Shown piece by piece: positions 36,067 through 48,900 of a stretch of DNA of 64,000 nt. A program made the position numbers and the translations under genes. Source of the DNA: Gracilinanus agilis (Eukaryota); contig NC_058134.1 of NCBI RefSeq assembly GCF_016433145.1, positions 303,014,392 through 303,078,391 of the forward strand. Reading direction: 5' to 3'. How positions within the stretch are numbered: the stretch's first letter is position 1; each line of letters begins with the position of its first letter. The notes below the pieces were generated by a model. That model saw nothing but the letters and a program-made list of their open reading frames with translations. It made no database searches and was not told the DNA's origin.

Positions 36067-37472
36067 AAACATATAAGAAAAACAACTGCTTGAACACATG
36101 GGTCGGGGTGGATATGATTGAGGGTGTGGACTCGAAACTACCACACCAATGCAACTACCAACAATTTGGAAATTGGTCTTGTTCAAGGACACATGACAAA
36201 ACTAGTGGAAACGCGCATCGGCCAAGGGTGGGGGGGGGTGCGGGGGGGGTTGAAGGGGAAAGGGGAGCATGAATCATGTAACCATGTTAAAAATGAATAT
36301 TAATAAATGTTAAAAAAAAAAAAAAAAAAACCAACAACAACAACAACAAAATATCTTCTAGCTCTTGTCAGATGGCCTGGATCTAAATCCTAGCTCTATT
36401 CCTGACCTGAGGAAGATTCTTTCCCTTTCCAAAGCCTTAATTTCCTCATCTGTAGAAAGACAAGGACAATTTTTCTTCTTCCTCACTCGCTTAGATCATA
36501 AAGATCAAGTTGGAGAAAGACAATGAACACTTTCTGGATACTGGAAGATGCTTTACATATGTTTGGGTTTCCTATTATCACTATCCTGATAATTATACTT
36601 ACTGTTCCTCCCTTGAGGGACTCCTTGTACTTTCAGGGGCTCTTAGATGCTCTCTAGAGGAGGAGGGCCAGCAGAGAAATATCCTGCAAAGCTTCCAATG
36701 ACTCCTCTCTCCCCTCAGGACCAAGCTGGCTCAGGGAGCAGAGGAGAGTCACCAGAAGATGGAATACACTGAATGGGATCCAGAAACTTGGAAACTGAAC
36801 ACTGGACAGTCAGGGACTTCATTTTCCAGGGGAGGGAATGCCCACAGGGAGGAAATCTGGCATCCCTGATGTGCTGAAAGAAATGGTTCTATTCTTTTTC
36901 TTATCTATGCAAACCAAGAGGAAAAAAAGTGACAGAAATTTATGGAATCTGACGCATTTGAGCTGTTTGTAGAGATAAATTAAGGCTCAAAAAATCCCTG
37001 TAGGATGTAAGTGTGTCCCCATGAGTCCCTGTTATCTCAGGGGAACCCTGTGAATTACACTGTCTAGGGAGCCGACCTACTGTCACTCTCAATCTTTTAC
37101 CCTTAGGGACATAAATGCTCCTTTTTTTTTTTAAACTTATGAGACTGTTAAATGAATGATTTAATTTCTTAACTTTTCCTTTACTGTCTTAGACTTTTAC
37201 ACTATATATCTTTCTCTGTTTCCCTCTTGTTTCTATTTCTCTTTTCCCATCTTTCTGGTTCTGCCTTTGTCTTTGATTGTCTCTCCCTCTCTCCCTGACT
37301 CTCTGTCTCCTCTGAATACACAAGCATGATCCCCAAAAAGGGTCAATATAATGAACCTCATTTCCCTCACAAATTGTTTTACTTCTCCTTTTCCTTTCCC
37401 CCAGTAACAAGGGATTACTCTGAAGAGAAGAAATATCTTTCTTCACCATAACTGTGAACTCAGGCAAATCAT

Positions 37473-38457
37473 TTTTTTTTCCTTAAAAAAAAAAATTTAT
37501 TTCTTAAAAATATTTTTCCAGGGGGCAGCTGGGTGGAGTCAGAACCTAGCCCAGAGACGGGAGGTCCTGGGTTCAAATCTGACCCCAGACACTTCCTAGC
37601 TGTGTGATCCTGGGCAAGTCACTTAGGCCCCATTGCCTAGCCCTTACCTAATATTGATTACCCAGTATTGATTCCAAGATGGAATGTAAGATGTAGATGG
37701 AAGGTAAGAGTTTTAAATATATATATATGTATACATATTCCACATTTACATTATTCAATTTCTTCCTCTCCCCTTTTCCCTTCCCCCTCCCAGAGCAGAC
37801 AAGCAATTCTACTGTTGTACAAACGTTGTTACTTGTTAATACCTATTTCCACATTATTCATTTTTGCTATAGAGCAACTTTTTAAGGCCTACACCCCAAA
37901 TCATATCCCCATATATACATGTGATAAGTTATGTCATATGTTTTGCTTTTGCATTTCTACTCCCATAGTTCCTTTTCTCAATGTGGACAGCATTCTTTTA
38001 CGAAAATCCTTCAGGAGCGTCCTGGCTTGTTGCATTGCTACTAGTAGCAAAGTCCATTACATTGGATTGTTCCCACAATATTTTACTTTTTGTGTACAAT
38101 GTTCTTCTGCTTCTGCTCATTTCACTCTGCATCGGTTCATTGAGGTTCTACCAGTTCACATGGAATTCCTCCAGTTCTTTATTCCTTTGAGCACAGTAGT
38201 GCTCATCACCAACAGATACCACAATTTGTTCAGCCATTCATTCTCCAATCGAAGGACATTCTCTCATTTTCCAATTTTTTGCCACCACGAAGAGCATGGC
38301 TACGAATATTTTTGTACAAATATTTTTCATTATTATCTCTTTGAGGTACAAACCCAGCAGTGGTATGGCTGTATTAAAGGGCAGGCATTCTTTTAAAGCT
38401 CTTTGCACATAATTCCAAATTGCCTTCCAGAATGGCTGGATTAATTCACAACTCCAT
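37473..38457 (-). mobile_element. 5'-truncated LINE-1 with a 14-bp TSD, carrying a nested SINE
   Basis: TSD ctcaggcaaatcat (37459-37472 / 38458-38471); ORF2 C-terminal motif QPFWKAIWNY..AIPLLGLY..CPSIGE. Confidence 0.92.
37521..37712 (+). mobile_element. SINE1_Mdo-type SINE nested in the L1 3' end
   Basis: gggggcagctggg..ggttcaaatctgaccccagacacttcctagctgtgtgatcctgggcaagtcac. Confidence 0.85.
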
Positions 38458-38539
38458 CTCAGGCAAATCATAGAGAAATTTGTAACTCATCTTGTTCCTT
38501 CTCTGATTTCTGTATAAGTCTTGGTCTGATTACCCAGTC

Positions 38540-38810
38540 AGTACAGACTGACTAAAAGGGTTGAAGCCAGGCTACATGAGGGTGACTTGTGGGAACTGGA
38601 GTTGTTTAGACTGGAGAAGATACAGGAAAGAGGATTGATTGGAAAGGATAAGCGAAGGGCATGATAGCTATTTTTTGGGTATCTGAAAAGATGTCACTTT
38701 GAAGAGAGGCAAGATTTGTGTTGTTGGAAAGGTTTCTTGTCCAGATATGGGTTGTATAGATAGCTTCTAACATCCCTTCCAATTCTAAGATTATGTGATT
38801 CTGCAACTTC
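38540..38810 (+). mobile_element. L3/CR1 3' fragment
   Basis: gaactggagttgtttagactggagaag..atagctatttt..; 3' end cccttccaattctaagattatgtgattct. Confidence 0.65.
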
Positions 38811-41129
38811 TTAGTGAATGGGCATTTTGTGCAGTTCCCCCATTTGCTTCTAAGCATGATTAATATGAAGATTACAAGATGTTAGAGCTGAAAAGAGAGT
38901 CTATATAGTCTGAAGACTGAGGAAATTGAAATCCTGAGAAGAAAAAAGAATCTACACATAAGAATGTAGAGGATGTGAGCAGCAACACTTGGCTTTGACC
39001 TTGGTACTTCTGAATGTCAACCTACATTCTTATTCTAGTCTACCCCATTGCATTTGCACAGCGGGTAGGTATTGTACTGCCCCATAAATTCCCAGCAACT
39101 TGCAGCAACAGTTGAGGATTCTTATCCTGGCATGGATCATATTCACTGAAAAAGCCAATATGTCCCCACTATCCAGCAAAAGTAGCTTGTTCTTTGTCTC
39201 TGCTCAGTAGACAACACTCCCAGAATCACTTGGTCTTAGCCCAGCAAAACAGTTGGTATATTATACTCCATCACCTGATAAAAACAGAATCCTGCCCAGG
39301 AATCCTGGTCTGAGTTAGGATATGGCCCATTGGGTTTCCTGCTTAGTATCATTCAATCTTTACTCCCAATTGCCACTGACTTTATGAGGAACTTCCAGGG
39401 TAGACCAATCGTGAGGTTTATGAGTTCCTGTTGAACACCCACTCCCCAGGAGCTGCTGGTAAAGCTAGACCATGACAGGAATACAATCATGTCAGTCTTG
39501 CAAATACTCCAGAGCCTGTGTAGACATAGTTAAGGCAGTAAAGTGACCCATGGTTACTGTAAGACAATGTTGTTTACAGACTAGACCTAATTAAGGACTT
39601 CTCACGAGTGAGCAAGAAATCAATACCTAATATGTTTTTTCCAGCTGCTTCTTACTCTGACTAACTTGGGTGGGAAAGCACGTAATGCCAAGTCATATAT
39701 GGCTTGCCTAGATCCCTGAGAGTAAACAGGTCAGCCATGAAGGGCTATGTTTAGAAGGTCCCAACATTGACTCCCAATGGTCCTCTCACGTAAAGGGATT
39801 ATAATGAGAAATTTTGTATCGAGCGGTGAATAATGTTGGACGTAGAGACACAAAAACTGAGTTTGGTTCTTAATTCTTCTCCTTGCTGCCTCCGTGACTT
39901 CCTCTTTGGGCAGCATATGAGGATTAGACTTGGGGGCTGGATGGTCTAACTTAGAGTCCTCCCTCAGATCCTGACAAGCTGTGTGACTCTGGGCAAGTCT
40001 CCTCTTTCATCTTCAGTGCCCTCATCTCAAAAAATGGGGAGATGAACACCATCTACATTAAAGAAATAAAAACAAGAGTCCCAGAGACTATAGACCTTAC
40101 CCATGAGGTTCCCAAGCTCTTCCTATGTGCTTCTGTGAGCTTCTGAAGCAATTCTCTTCTCTTCCCACTTCTAACTTAATGTACTCTCTCTCCTCCATTT
40201 GGCCTACCCCAAACAAAAATCCTTCTAACTTTAAGGTCACAGTCCCCACCCAACTTCTATACATCCCCTTCCATCAGTGCATCTGCTCTGGGATACTCAG
40301 ATGAGAAGCAATCTCTCCCCAGGTGCCCTCACAATATGATAATAATTGACCTTTGTAAAATATGTTAAGCTTTAGTAGATACTGAAAGTATACTTATGCA
40401 CATTTTCATATTGGGAAATTGAGCCTCAGAAGTTGATTCTGGTTATATAACCAATCCATTTCAGAAAGCAGGATTGAAGATAGGTGTCTCTGGATTCTAG
40501 ATATCCTACTTCCTTTCATGAGTATGTACACTTCCCAGATAAATGAGGTCATCTTCAAACTGAGCAGTTCTGCAGCCACAGGTCCAACCTTGTAGTCCTC
40601 TCCTTGGTGTGGGGATGATCCACATAAAAGGCACATGAAAATGAGGGGATTGATCCATGAGAGGAGAAGTGAAGACTGCATGGATGGAAATTAATCAGGC
40701 CCGCTCCTTGTGAGGGTCCCATTTACCCAAGAGATTGTAGCTGATGGGGAATCATAAAATGGACCATTGGACTTTATTTTCTAATAACCTTGGACTTTGC
40801 AAAACTTATTGGGAAACTTAACTGAATATCAGCAAAGTGCTCGTCTGAGTGCCTTTCACTGACAATTGAAGATGTGTCCTGTAACTCTTCACCTAGCTTT
40901 GGTTTGGGCCAGAGGAAGCAGAGAATCTCTGCTTATGCTCTGGGGAGGGGGGAAGATGCTGGCTGATTAGGAGAGTGAAAGACCCCTGAACTCCTGTAGA
41001 AGAAGGGAATAAAAAGAGTCATGAAGGACAGAGACCAGCACTTTGGATAGAGTTGTTTATGTGTGTGAGGAGGCATCAGGAGGGTCTCTAAAACTCCATT
41101 TTGGACAGAATAGAAATCCAAGTCCTAGA

Positions 41130-41660
41130 TATGCAGCTAGAAGGGCCTTCAGAGACCATGCAGTCCAATCTGTTCCTTTTATAAACAGGAATGCTGAGGC
41201 CTGTACAGATTGTACAACATACAACCAGTGAGAATAATGGTGGTAATAGTATTTATAATAAACTAACATTTCAATAGTTCCTACTTTGTGTCTGACATTA
41301 TGCTGAATACTTTACAAATATTATCTCGTTTGATCCCCACAACAAACTTGTGAGGCAAATACTGTTATAACATTTTTTATTTGAGGAAACTGAGGCAAAC
41401 ACAGATCTAAGTGATCTGCCAAAGATAACATGTCTGAGGCTAGATTTGAACCTGGGTCTTCCTGACTCCAAGTTCAGTGCTCTGTCTACTGTGTCACATA
41501 GTGACCTCAAAGGAAAATTATTTAGCCACTCAGCTTCAATCTCATCCATAAAATGGGCATAATCATTGCATCTACCTCTCAGAGTTATCATGAGGGTAAA
41601 ATGAGACAATATTCGTAAAGTATTTTTGCAAATTATAAAATTCTCTATGGATGCTAATTA
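41130..41660. mobile_element. MIR/MIR3/Mar1-type SINE cluster
   Basis: gaggaaactgaggc..agatttgaacctgggtcttcctgactccaag; cataaaatgggcataatc. Confidence 0.7.
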
Positions 41661-42072
41661 TTTTTGTTGTTAATTCTGTGATTCCTTGCTCATAGACCAA
41701 ATTTTCCTTCTAAGATATGCATGGCACCTTGTGATGTTAAAAAATCCAGCATTTTATTTGAGACATATGAAGGAGATGTACTTAACCTCTTTGTGCCTAT
41801 AATGGTATTTCCCCATGATGGAGAAATACCAAATGCTATCGCCATTTACAGGGGAGGAAACTGAGTTCTACCAAGAAGAGAGAGCTTCCCTAGGGGTCAG
41901 ATAGCTAGTCAGACACAAAGCTTCATTTTCTGTCTCTACACCTAATGGTCTTTCTGCACTGGGCTCTCAAGACTGACTTCAATCCTTCCCGATTCTATGA
42001 TTTCAGTCACACTAGTTTCCATTCCTTAAAGACTGGGATTACTTAGGCAATAGCAACAGCAGCAGTCAGATA

Positions 42073-42209
42073 NNNNNNNNNNNNNNNNNNNNNNNNNNNN
42101 NNNNNNNNNNNNNNNNNNNNNNNNNNNNNNNNNNNNNNNNNNNNNNNNNNNNNNNNNNNNNNNNNNNNNNNNNNNNNNNNNNNNNNNNNNNNNNNNNNNN
42201 NNNNNNNNN
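42073..42209. other. Assembly gap (137 N)
   Basis: N run. Confidence 1.
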
Positions 42210-43169
42210 ACTCCTAGGACCTATAGGCTCTCCTTTCCTATCCTTCTTAACTCAAAGCACATCCTCAGAAATATTCTTCTCATTGAGACTGTCCCAAGGT
42301 CAAGTGGCCACAAAGTCTTTCCTATTTTTGTTCATTGGGTGATTGCTCATGGCCCATAGAGCCATCCCTCATTTTATAAGCTAAATCATTGGACTTTCAG
42401 ATTTGATTTCCTGATTAGCAATATCAAGGCCATTAAATGGATAATATATTTTTCCATGAAATATGTAAAGGAATCCTGGATTATTAATTTCTGAATTAAA
42501 AAAATCTGAACTGGAGAGATAAAAAGTCTTTTTTCTGCTCATGAAATTCATCAAGTGTCTAAAGTTGGTAAGTTGGTGGGAAGCTGATGCCAGGGATGAA
42601 TGGTTCTTGAGTCCCTTCACAATGAGGTGCCCACCAACTCCCAGGACATGAAACTAAAAATCAGCATTCCTGTGACTGACAAAGGCGGGGAGGGTAGATC
42701 TGACAAGTTCATGGTAATATGAGATCATCGAGATTGAGAAATATTGAGAAATAAAAGGGAACTTATAAGGTTGAGAAATAAAAGGGAACTTATAAGCCAT
42801 TACTCTCATCCCTTTACTTTACAGAGAAAGAAACTGAGGCACAAAGAGGTTAAGTACATTGTTCAAGACAGTCAATGAACTTAATAGTCCTTTATTAAGC
42901 GCCTATTCTATGGCAGACACACTGGGATAGTCATTGAGGACACAAAGAAAAGTAAAAGAGTTTTGGACTTCAAGAATTGACAGGCAGCCGCTCTTTAGAA
43001 GATCTGTGGGAAAATATGGATACGACTCACGGAGAAGAGCCACATGTAAAAGAGTGTTCGTAGCAATAATGTGGCTTTGATGCACACAATTATCTATTAA
43101 AGGCCTAACATCCATTCTCATCAGTCACACTAGATTCCATGAGGGCAGAGTTTGAGTCTTCTATTACAT

Positions 43170-43800
43170 TGGCATAAATATTATGTTAATAGCCATAATT
43201 TGTAAAGTAATTTAAGGTTTGCGAAGCACTTTACAAATATTATCTGTTTTAACTTTACGACAACCCTAGGAAGTAGGTGCTATGCTTATCCCTATTTTAC
43301 AGATTTGGAAATTAAGACAGATAGAAATTAAGTGACTTATCCAAGGCCATACAGTTAGTAGTGTCTGAGGATGAATTCACATTCGGGTCTCCCTGTTTCC
43401 ATGTGTGGCTCTTCTTCTCTCCCTTTAGCCACCTATGGAAGTTGTCAAGTCTTGTCGATTTTGCCTCCATCCCAGCTCGCTCAAATCTATCCATTTCTCT
43501 AGTGTCCTACTTGTCCCCCTTCCTGCTCATTTTCCACATAGCTGCTAAAATCCTTTTGCTGAGGCAGAGGACTGATCACATGACTCCTTTGATCAAAAAC
43601 CCAAGGCTGAAGCCGCCTAATGCATCCAGAGCAACATACAGATTCTTCCCCCTTACATTAAAGATTCTTCACAAATTGAATCCAACATGCCTTTGTAGCC
43701 CTCATGCAAATTCCTTCTCACCACCAATCTTGGATTCCAGACTCACCACTCCATCTCTCATCTCTAAGAATGGTTGTTTTCATCTTCGAATCCCCAAAGC
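43170..43800. mobile_element. MIR/Mar1 (-) followed by an L2 fragment (+)
   Basis: cacagttagtagtgtctgaggatgaattc (SINE); tgatcacatgactcctttgatcaaaaac (L2). Confidence 0.65.
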
Positions 43801-44459
43801 TTCATAGAATGACTTACACAGAACAGGCAAGTGTTCATTTTAAGCTAAAAAATACCCAATGCCAACCTAGGTCTTACAGCTGCTTGGGCAGCCCATGTCA
43901 CCAGTCCACCAGATGCGGCTACGTCTTGAACTCAGCTGAGATTTAAGTAGGAAGAGAACTGTCTTTCACGATACCGACCTGCTCCCCCCAGCAAAAACCC
44001 AGTACAGCTTCCTGATGACGTTATATAGTATAGAGTAGTAGAAAGTGGTCTGGTTTTGCTGTCAGAGGACCTAGGTTCAAATCGTGGCTCATCCACTTGT
44101 TTCCTGTGTGATCTTGAGCAAGTAACATGACTTCTCTGGACATGATAAATGATCAGATCTGAGGGGATAGGATTAAAGGACCAAAATTTCAGGGACTGAA
44201 TTTTGACCCAGAGGATCCGAATTCAAATTCCCATTCTGCTGCCTACTAGCTGTGTCCTTGGGTAAGGTGGTTTCCCCTCCCTCCAGGAACCTCATCTGTG
44301 AAATGATTTCCATGATCTCCAAGGTCTCTGCCAGCTCTTGGTCCTTCACTCCAAGGACAAGGAAGAACACCTGTTCGGATGCTGTGAATTCTCAAGACCA
44401 GCTGAGCTGTTGCACAGACCTCAAAGACATCTGATGATCCTGGACTGTAGTGTGCTAAG

Positions 44460-44900
44460 TGGCCAGGCCAGCTTCCCCCAGAGGTGGAGCTTGGTTAATT
44501 ATGGCCCGGAGCCGATCTCCCCTAATTATTTACCAGCGATGGAAACGCTTCATTTTCTGAATAAAAGTGCCAGATATAGATTTTCCTTAATTGTAAGTCG
44601 TCAGGACGAGCCCTCTTGTGTCGAGCTGAAGGAGAAGCCATTTATAGAAAGCCAGTCCCGGGCCTCCAGTGCTTCCACCAGCCAATCGATGGGTCAGAAA
44701 GACCCCAGCCCTGAAAATGTGCACCAGGGAGGAAAAAGGACAATTTGTCTCTGTCATCTTGCCTTTATGGTTCATTTAACATCTTAAATGGCCTGTATAA
44801 ATTAACTGTGTTTAATAGTTTCCCAACTCCCTAATCAAAGGGCCCGCTCCTGTTCAGTGGGAGGGGGTGGCGGGTGGGAGAGAGGATTGGAAGAGTCCTC
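44460..44900. promoter_or_regulatory. Candidate conserved non-coding enhancer
   Basis: Non-repetitive, 11 CpGs counted in ~420 bp, with clustered homeodomain (TAATTA/TAATTG), TTTATGG and ATCAAAG motifs. Confidence 0.4.
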
Positions 44901-45411
44901 CCTGCCACTGGGACCTGAGCCCAGGGGAGAAAGGACTCTGCTGAGCGGGAGAGGCCCTCCGGTCTTCAGTCTGGGAAGAAGGAAGCCCAGGAACATTATC
45001 CCTGAGGCTTAGAAACATAGATAGTTAGAAGTGAAAGGGACCACAAAGCTCATCTAAATACCTCCTATTGCAGGTGAGGAAACTGAGGCTCAGAGAAGGA
45101 CAGTGACTTGCCCCAAACTACACATCAAGATATACAAGACCAGATTCAAGTTTTCCTGCCTCCCAGATCAGGGTTAGTTACCCTACAGTTCAATCCTTTT
45201 AAGGGAATCCAATTCAGATCAAAGCAAGCCCATTTGTTGAACCTCTTCCAGGAGCCAGGTACTCTACTTGACATCTATTTACAATGTGATTATAGACAAC
45301 GCGATCATTGCCCTCTCATCTTCTGGAGGAGAAATACAATATGACTATTTAGATGATTAAGATGTGAGATGCAGAAGAAAGAATCCTGCTAAGGAATCGA
45401 AAGATCCAGGT

Positions 45412-45668
45412 TGTAAGCTTTAAAATTAAAATGTAACATCTCCAAGTATTATATTTAATAAGATTTATTAATAATAATTTGAAGTAAAGGAAATTTTTTA
45501 AAAAGCTAGAGTAAAGAGGGAGCTAGCCCAGCCATGGTGCGAGAGAAGAGAGAGCGAGGGCAGGGAGACAGCCAACTTTTATGTACAATATGTAAGGATG
45601 CTACATGGACAAAGGGAAGAGGATTCTGGGAGATGAAGTCCAAGGGTTCAAGATTTTCTAATTACACA
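45412..45668 (-). mobile_element. Short solo LTR (257 bp) with a 4-bp TSD AGGT, inserted in a MIR
   Basis: TG...CA termini; AGGT at 45408-45411 and 45669-45672. Removal restores the MIR-like gatccaggttcaaattc. AATAAA is on the minus strand. Confidence 0.85.
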
Positions 45669-45816
45669 AGGTTCAAATTCTTCCATGGACACTTGCTACC
45701 TGTGTAATCTTGGATAGGCCTCTTTTCTTCTTGGCCCTCAATTTCTTCTATAACACAAAGGGGTTGGACTGGATGACCTCTGATATGATTCTCACGTCTA
45801 TATATCTGGCATTTCC

Positions 45817-46015
45817 GGGGGACAGCTGGGTGGCTCAGTGGATTGAGAGCCAGGCCTAGAGACAGGAGGTCCTAGGTTCAAATCTGGCCTCAGACACTTC
45901 CCAGCTGTGTGACCCTGGGCAAGTCACTTGACCCCCATTGCCTACCCTTACCACTCTTCTGCCTTGGAGCCAATTCACAGCATTGACTCAAATGAATAAA
46001 TAAATAAATAAATAA
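45817..46015 (+). mobile_element. SINE1_Mdo-type SINE with an (AATA)n tail
   Basis: Near-consensus head and CORE. Confidence 0.9.
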
Positions 46016-46889
46016 AGATTCCCATTTCCAGCCTGCTGAACATCTCTATTTGGATGTATAGTATGTCCCACAAGTACACAAAGCTAGCCTGGCCTCAAGT
46101 GACTCTCATCCCCTTTTTCACAACTTTGTAAGTTCATGGGCTTGAGGGCTGGAAAGGACTATAGAGGCAATCCAGTGCAATCTTCACATTTGGCAAATGA
46201 GCAATTGGAGGCCCAAAGAATATCTGAGGTGAGATTCAAAGCCAAGTCGTCTGGATTCCAAGATCTATTCTCTATCGATTCATTATACCTCAAAGTCTCC
46301 ATTTCTCCATCTTCATTTCTGTTGAGAACATCCTTCAGACCACTCAATTTTGTGGCATCAAAGTAATTATTTATTTGTATTTTTTTCTCAACTCTCACTA
46401 ATTCCTTCTTTAATTCAGTAGTTGTCAAATCTTATTCTGGGATATTTGGGCTGGAACTACCATCAAGAAGTATGTGTGTATGTATGATGTGAAATAAATT
46501 TGAAAAAGTAGGTAGAAAATGTCTAGAATTTAATTGCCATACTAAGGAGTTTATAATTTAATATAGAAGTAAGAGGGAGTTAGGGAATGTTATTGAGCAG
46601 GGAATCACTTTCTTCAGATAAGTGCTCTAGGAACCTTACTTTGAGAATTTTGTGGAGCTTGGATGGGGAAAGGAAGGACTGGCAGGGAGAACCGTTATGA
46701 CATTATTGTAATCATTTAGGAGACAAGGGCCTAAATTAAGGCGAAGATACCGAATAGAGAGAGGAAGAATGGAGGCCAGGGATGAGGAAATTGAATTGTA
46801 TGATGGGAAATCATACTGCTGAGTAGGAGATAAAAGTTAAGGATCACTCCAAGATTTTGAGGCCTTCTACTTATGAAGAGTGAATCAAA

Positions 46890-47547
46890 CTCTCTTTGTC
46901 TATCAATCAGCAACTTTTATCAAAAACTTAAGTACCCCTACTTAGTACCTTACTTGACACTAAGTAATAGAGGTCCAAGGCACTTACTAAAGTAAGCTGA
47001 CACCTTCAAAGGTCACTGCCCTCCCCTGGGCAGTGCTAGGCAAATTGAAAGACTAGGACTGGTTCAGTAAAGTGGGGAGGTGACAGGAGAAAACTGCTTT
47101 AAAAAGGCCAGCTTGTGCATTCAGTCATTCTCCCTGCATTAGTGAGCTTGACTAGAGAAGGAAACTTTTTCCCCTGGATCCTGTATCTTGGAGAGATTGG
47201 TTCCAGAGATCCCTGCCTTGGCTTTGGAGGAGGTTGCATTGGTGGAACCCTGGATGATACCACCAGGACTGCTGGCTAAGGATTACCTGGAAAATCCACG
47301 TGGAGACAGAGTCTTGGGGAAGCCTGGCTGGGGCTGAGCCTGAGCCTGGCTTCTCAGGAGTAGGGCTGGTAGGCTTATTAGAATCCATCTCTTTATCTAC
47401 ATTTTTCCACTTTCACTCTTTCTACCTCTTTGTAAATAAAACTGCTAAAAGTCATTTTGACTTAAGCTGCAATATTTTTAAATCAGGGACCACAATACTA
47501 CTTTAGAATTTTCATATTAGCATAAAACTTATATTTAAATTCTTACA
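46890..47547 (+). mobile_element. LTR related to the 2175-3232 LTR (5' end eroded)
   Basis: Shares ctctttgtcta..caaaaactta..ctactta..acactaagtaa with 2195-2260; has ttgtaaataaa and a ..tcttaca end. Confidence 0.7.
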
Positions 47548-47589
47548 TACTAAAATAAAAAGGCATATATCAGGCAGATGAAATAGTTA

Positions 47590-47960
47590 TTAATAAATTA
47601 TAAGCATTGCTATTATTTCTTCAAAAATTAAAAAAATAACAAATTTCCACATAAGTTTTCCAAAGTCATATGATCCATATTTTCTCCCTCCCTTTTTCCT
47701 TCCTCCCTCTAAGGGCTGAAGAGCAATTCAGTCTGGGTTGTACATATGTTATCATGCAAAACATTTCCATATTCATTTTTGAAAGTAAATAATCCTATAG
47801 AACCAAAATCCCAAAACATACACTCAATAAACAAGTGATAAATCATAAGTTTTCATCTATATTTCTACTGCAACAGTTTTTTCTCTGGAGGTGGATAGCA
47901 TTCTTTTTCATAAGTTCCTCAGCATTATCCTGGATCGTTGTATTGCTATTAATCATTGCA
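47590..47960 (-). mobile_element. Old L1 3' end fragment
   Basis: ctggaggtggatagcattctttttcataagt..cattatcctggatcgttgtattgct. Confidence 0.7.
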
Positions 47961-48279
47961 ATTATTTCTGGATTTGACCTCCAATCACCAATCCCTCCAC
48001 TATTAGTACTTTGTCAGGCCCATTCTGACTTCTCCTTCTGACTCTATAGTTATTCATTGTGACTTTATTTTGTCCTTCATTCAGTGACAAGGAACTCTCT
48101 ATGTCTATTACTACTGACCCAGAATCAAGGATGATAGTGTAATAGATTTAGAGATGGAAAGGATCTATGAGGTCATATGATATAATTCCCTTATTTTAGA
48201 GTTGAGTAAACAGAACTATAGCAAGGTAAGTTACTTTTCTGAGAATTCAGGAGTTGAGCCTAGTTCTTCTGATTCTATC

Positions 48280-48900
48280 TGTTGAACTGGAAAAAAATAC
48301 AGAACTCTAAAATAGTCAGAAAAACCACATCTTTAATTAAGGAGATGGATTCAGCATAATTCCTCAAGGACTTCATGCAGCCCTCACAGAGCCCCAAGAC
48401 TCTGGCTGCTCTGGCCACTGATCCCGGGGTGTGCCAACCACACTAGACAGTTACCTCCAGAGAATAAAAGAATTTGGGAAACATATTTTTTTAGGGAAAC
48501 TAAGAAACTGTATATAGTTGATTGGCTTCACAATGGCTACAAAGAAGATGAGGAGTCCTAGACAGGATTACCAGGGAGAGGCTGATGCTTTACAATAGAC
48601 ACAAAAGGGAAAGGTCCAGCCAATGGATGGGCTACCTTGGAAAAAGACTTTGACACAAAAGGAGAAATTACAAGGACAAAAAGGGTGCTTAACAGGTGAT
48701 TGAATTAGTTATCTCTACCTAAACTACTTTAAGGGCTATTGTTAATCTGAGACTTCAACTGAGATTAAACTGAGGTTGAGCTTCCCCTCCCAAGAAATTT
48801 TCATGTGACAAGGTCAATTGTGAGATCTGAGACCTCATGCTGCTACAAATTTGGGGTTCTCAAGATCTCAAGATTGGGCTTTCTAGATTCCAAGTTGACA
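48280..48900. mobile_element. Solo LTR (621 bp)
   Basis: TGTTGAAC...GTTGACA termini and near-TSD tatc/catc; colinear homology with 57331-57955. Confidence 0.8.

Larger units (their letters stand above)
35430..36330 (+). mobile_element. Young 5'-truncated LINE-1 spanning an assembly gap
   Basis: Uninterrupted ORF2 RT segment before the gap. After it come an L1 3'UTR with a G-rich tract, retained CpGs, AATAAA and A19 (36312-36330). Confidence 0.92.

Noticed and set aside
37668-38396. 242-aa ORF on the + strand
   Set aside because: It is the antisense frame of an L1 3' region plus part of a SINE, not a gene.
40440-40453. Perfect 14-bp palindrome TGGTTATATAACCA
   Set aside because: About 64000/4^7, roughly 4, are expected by chance, and there is no supporting context.
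42744-42796. 26-bp tandem duplication ttgagaaataaaagggaacttataag
   Set aside because: A simple local slippage duplication at a MIR3-like edge, with no functional hint.
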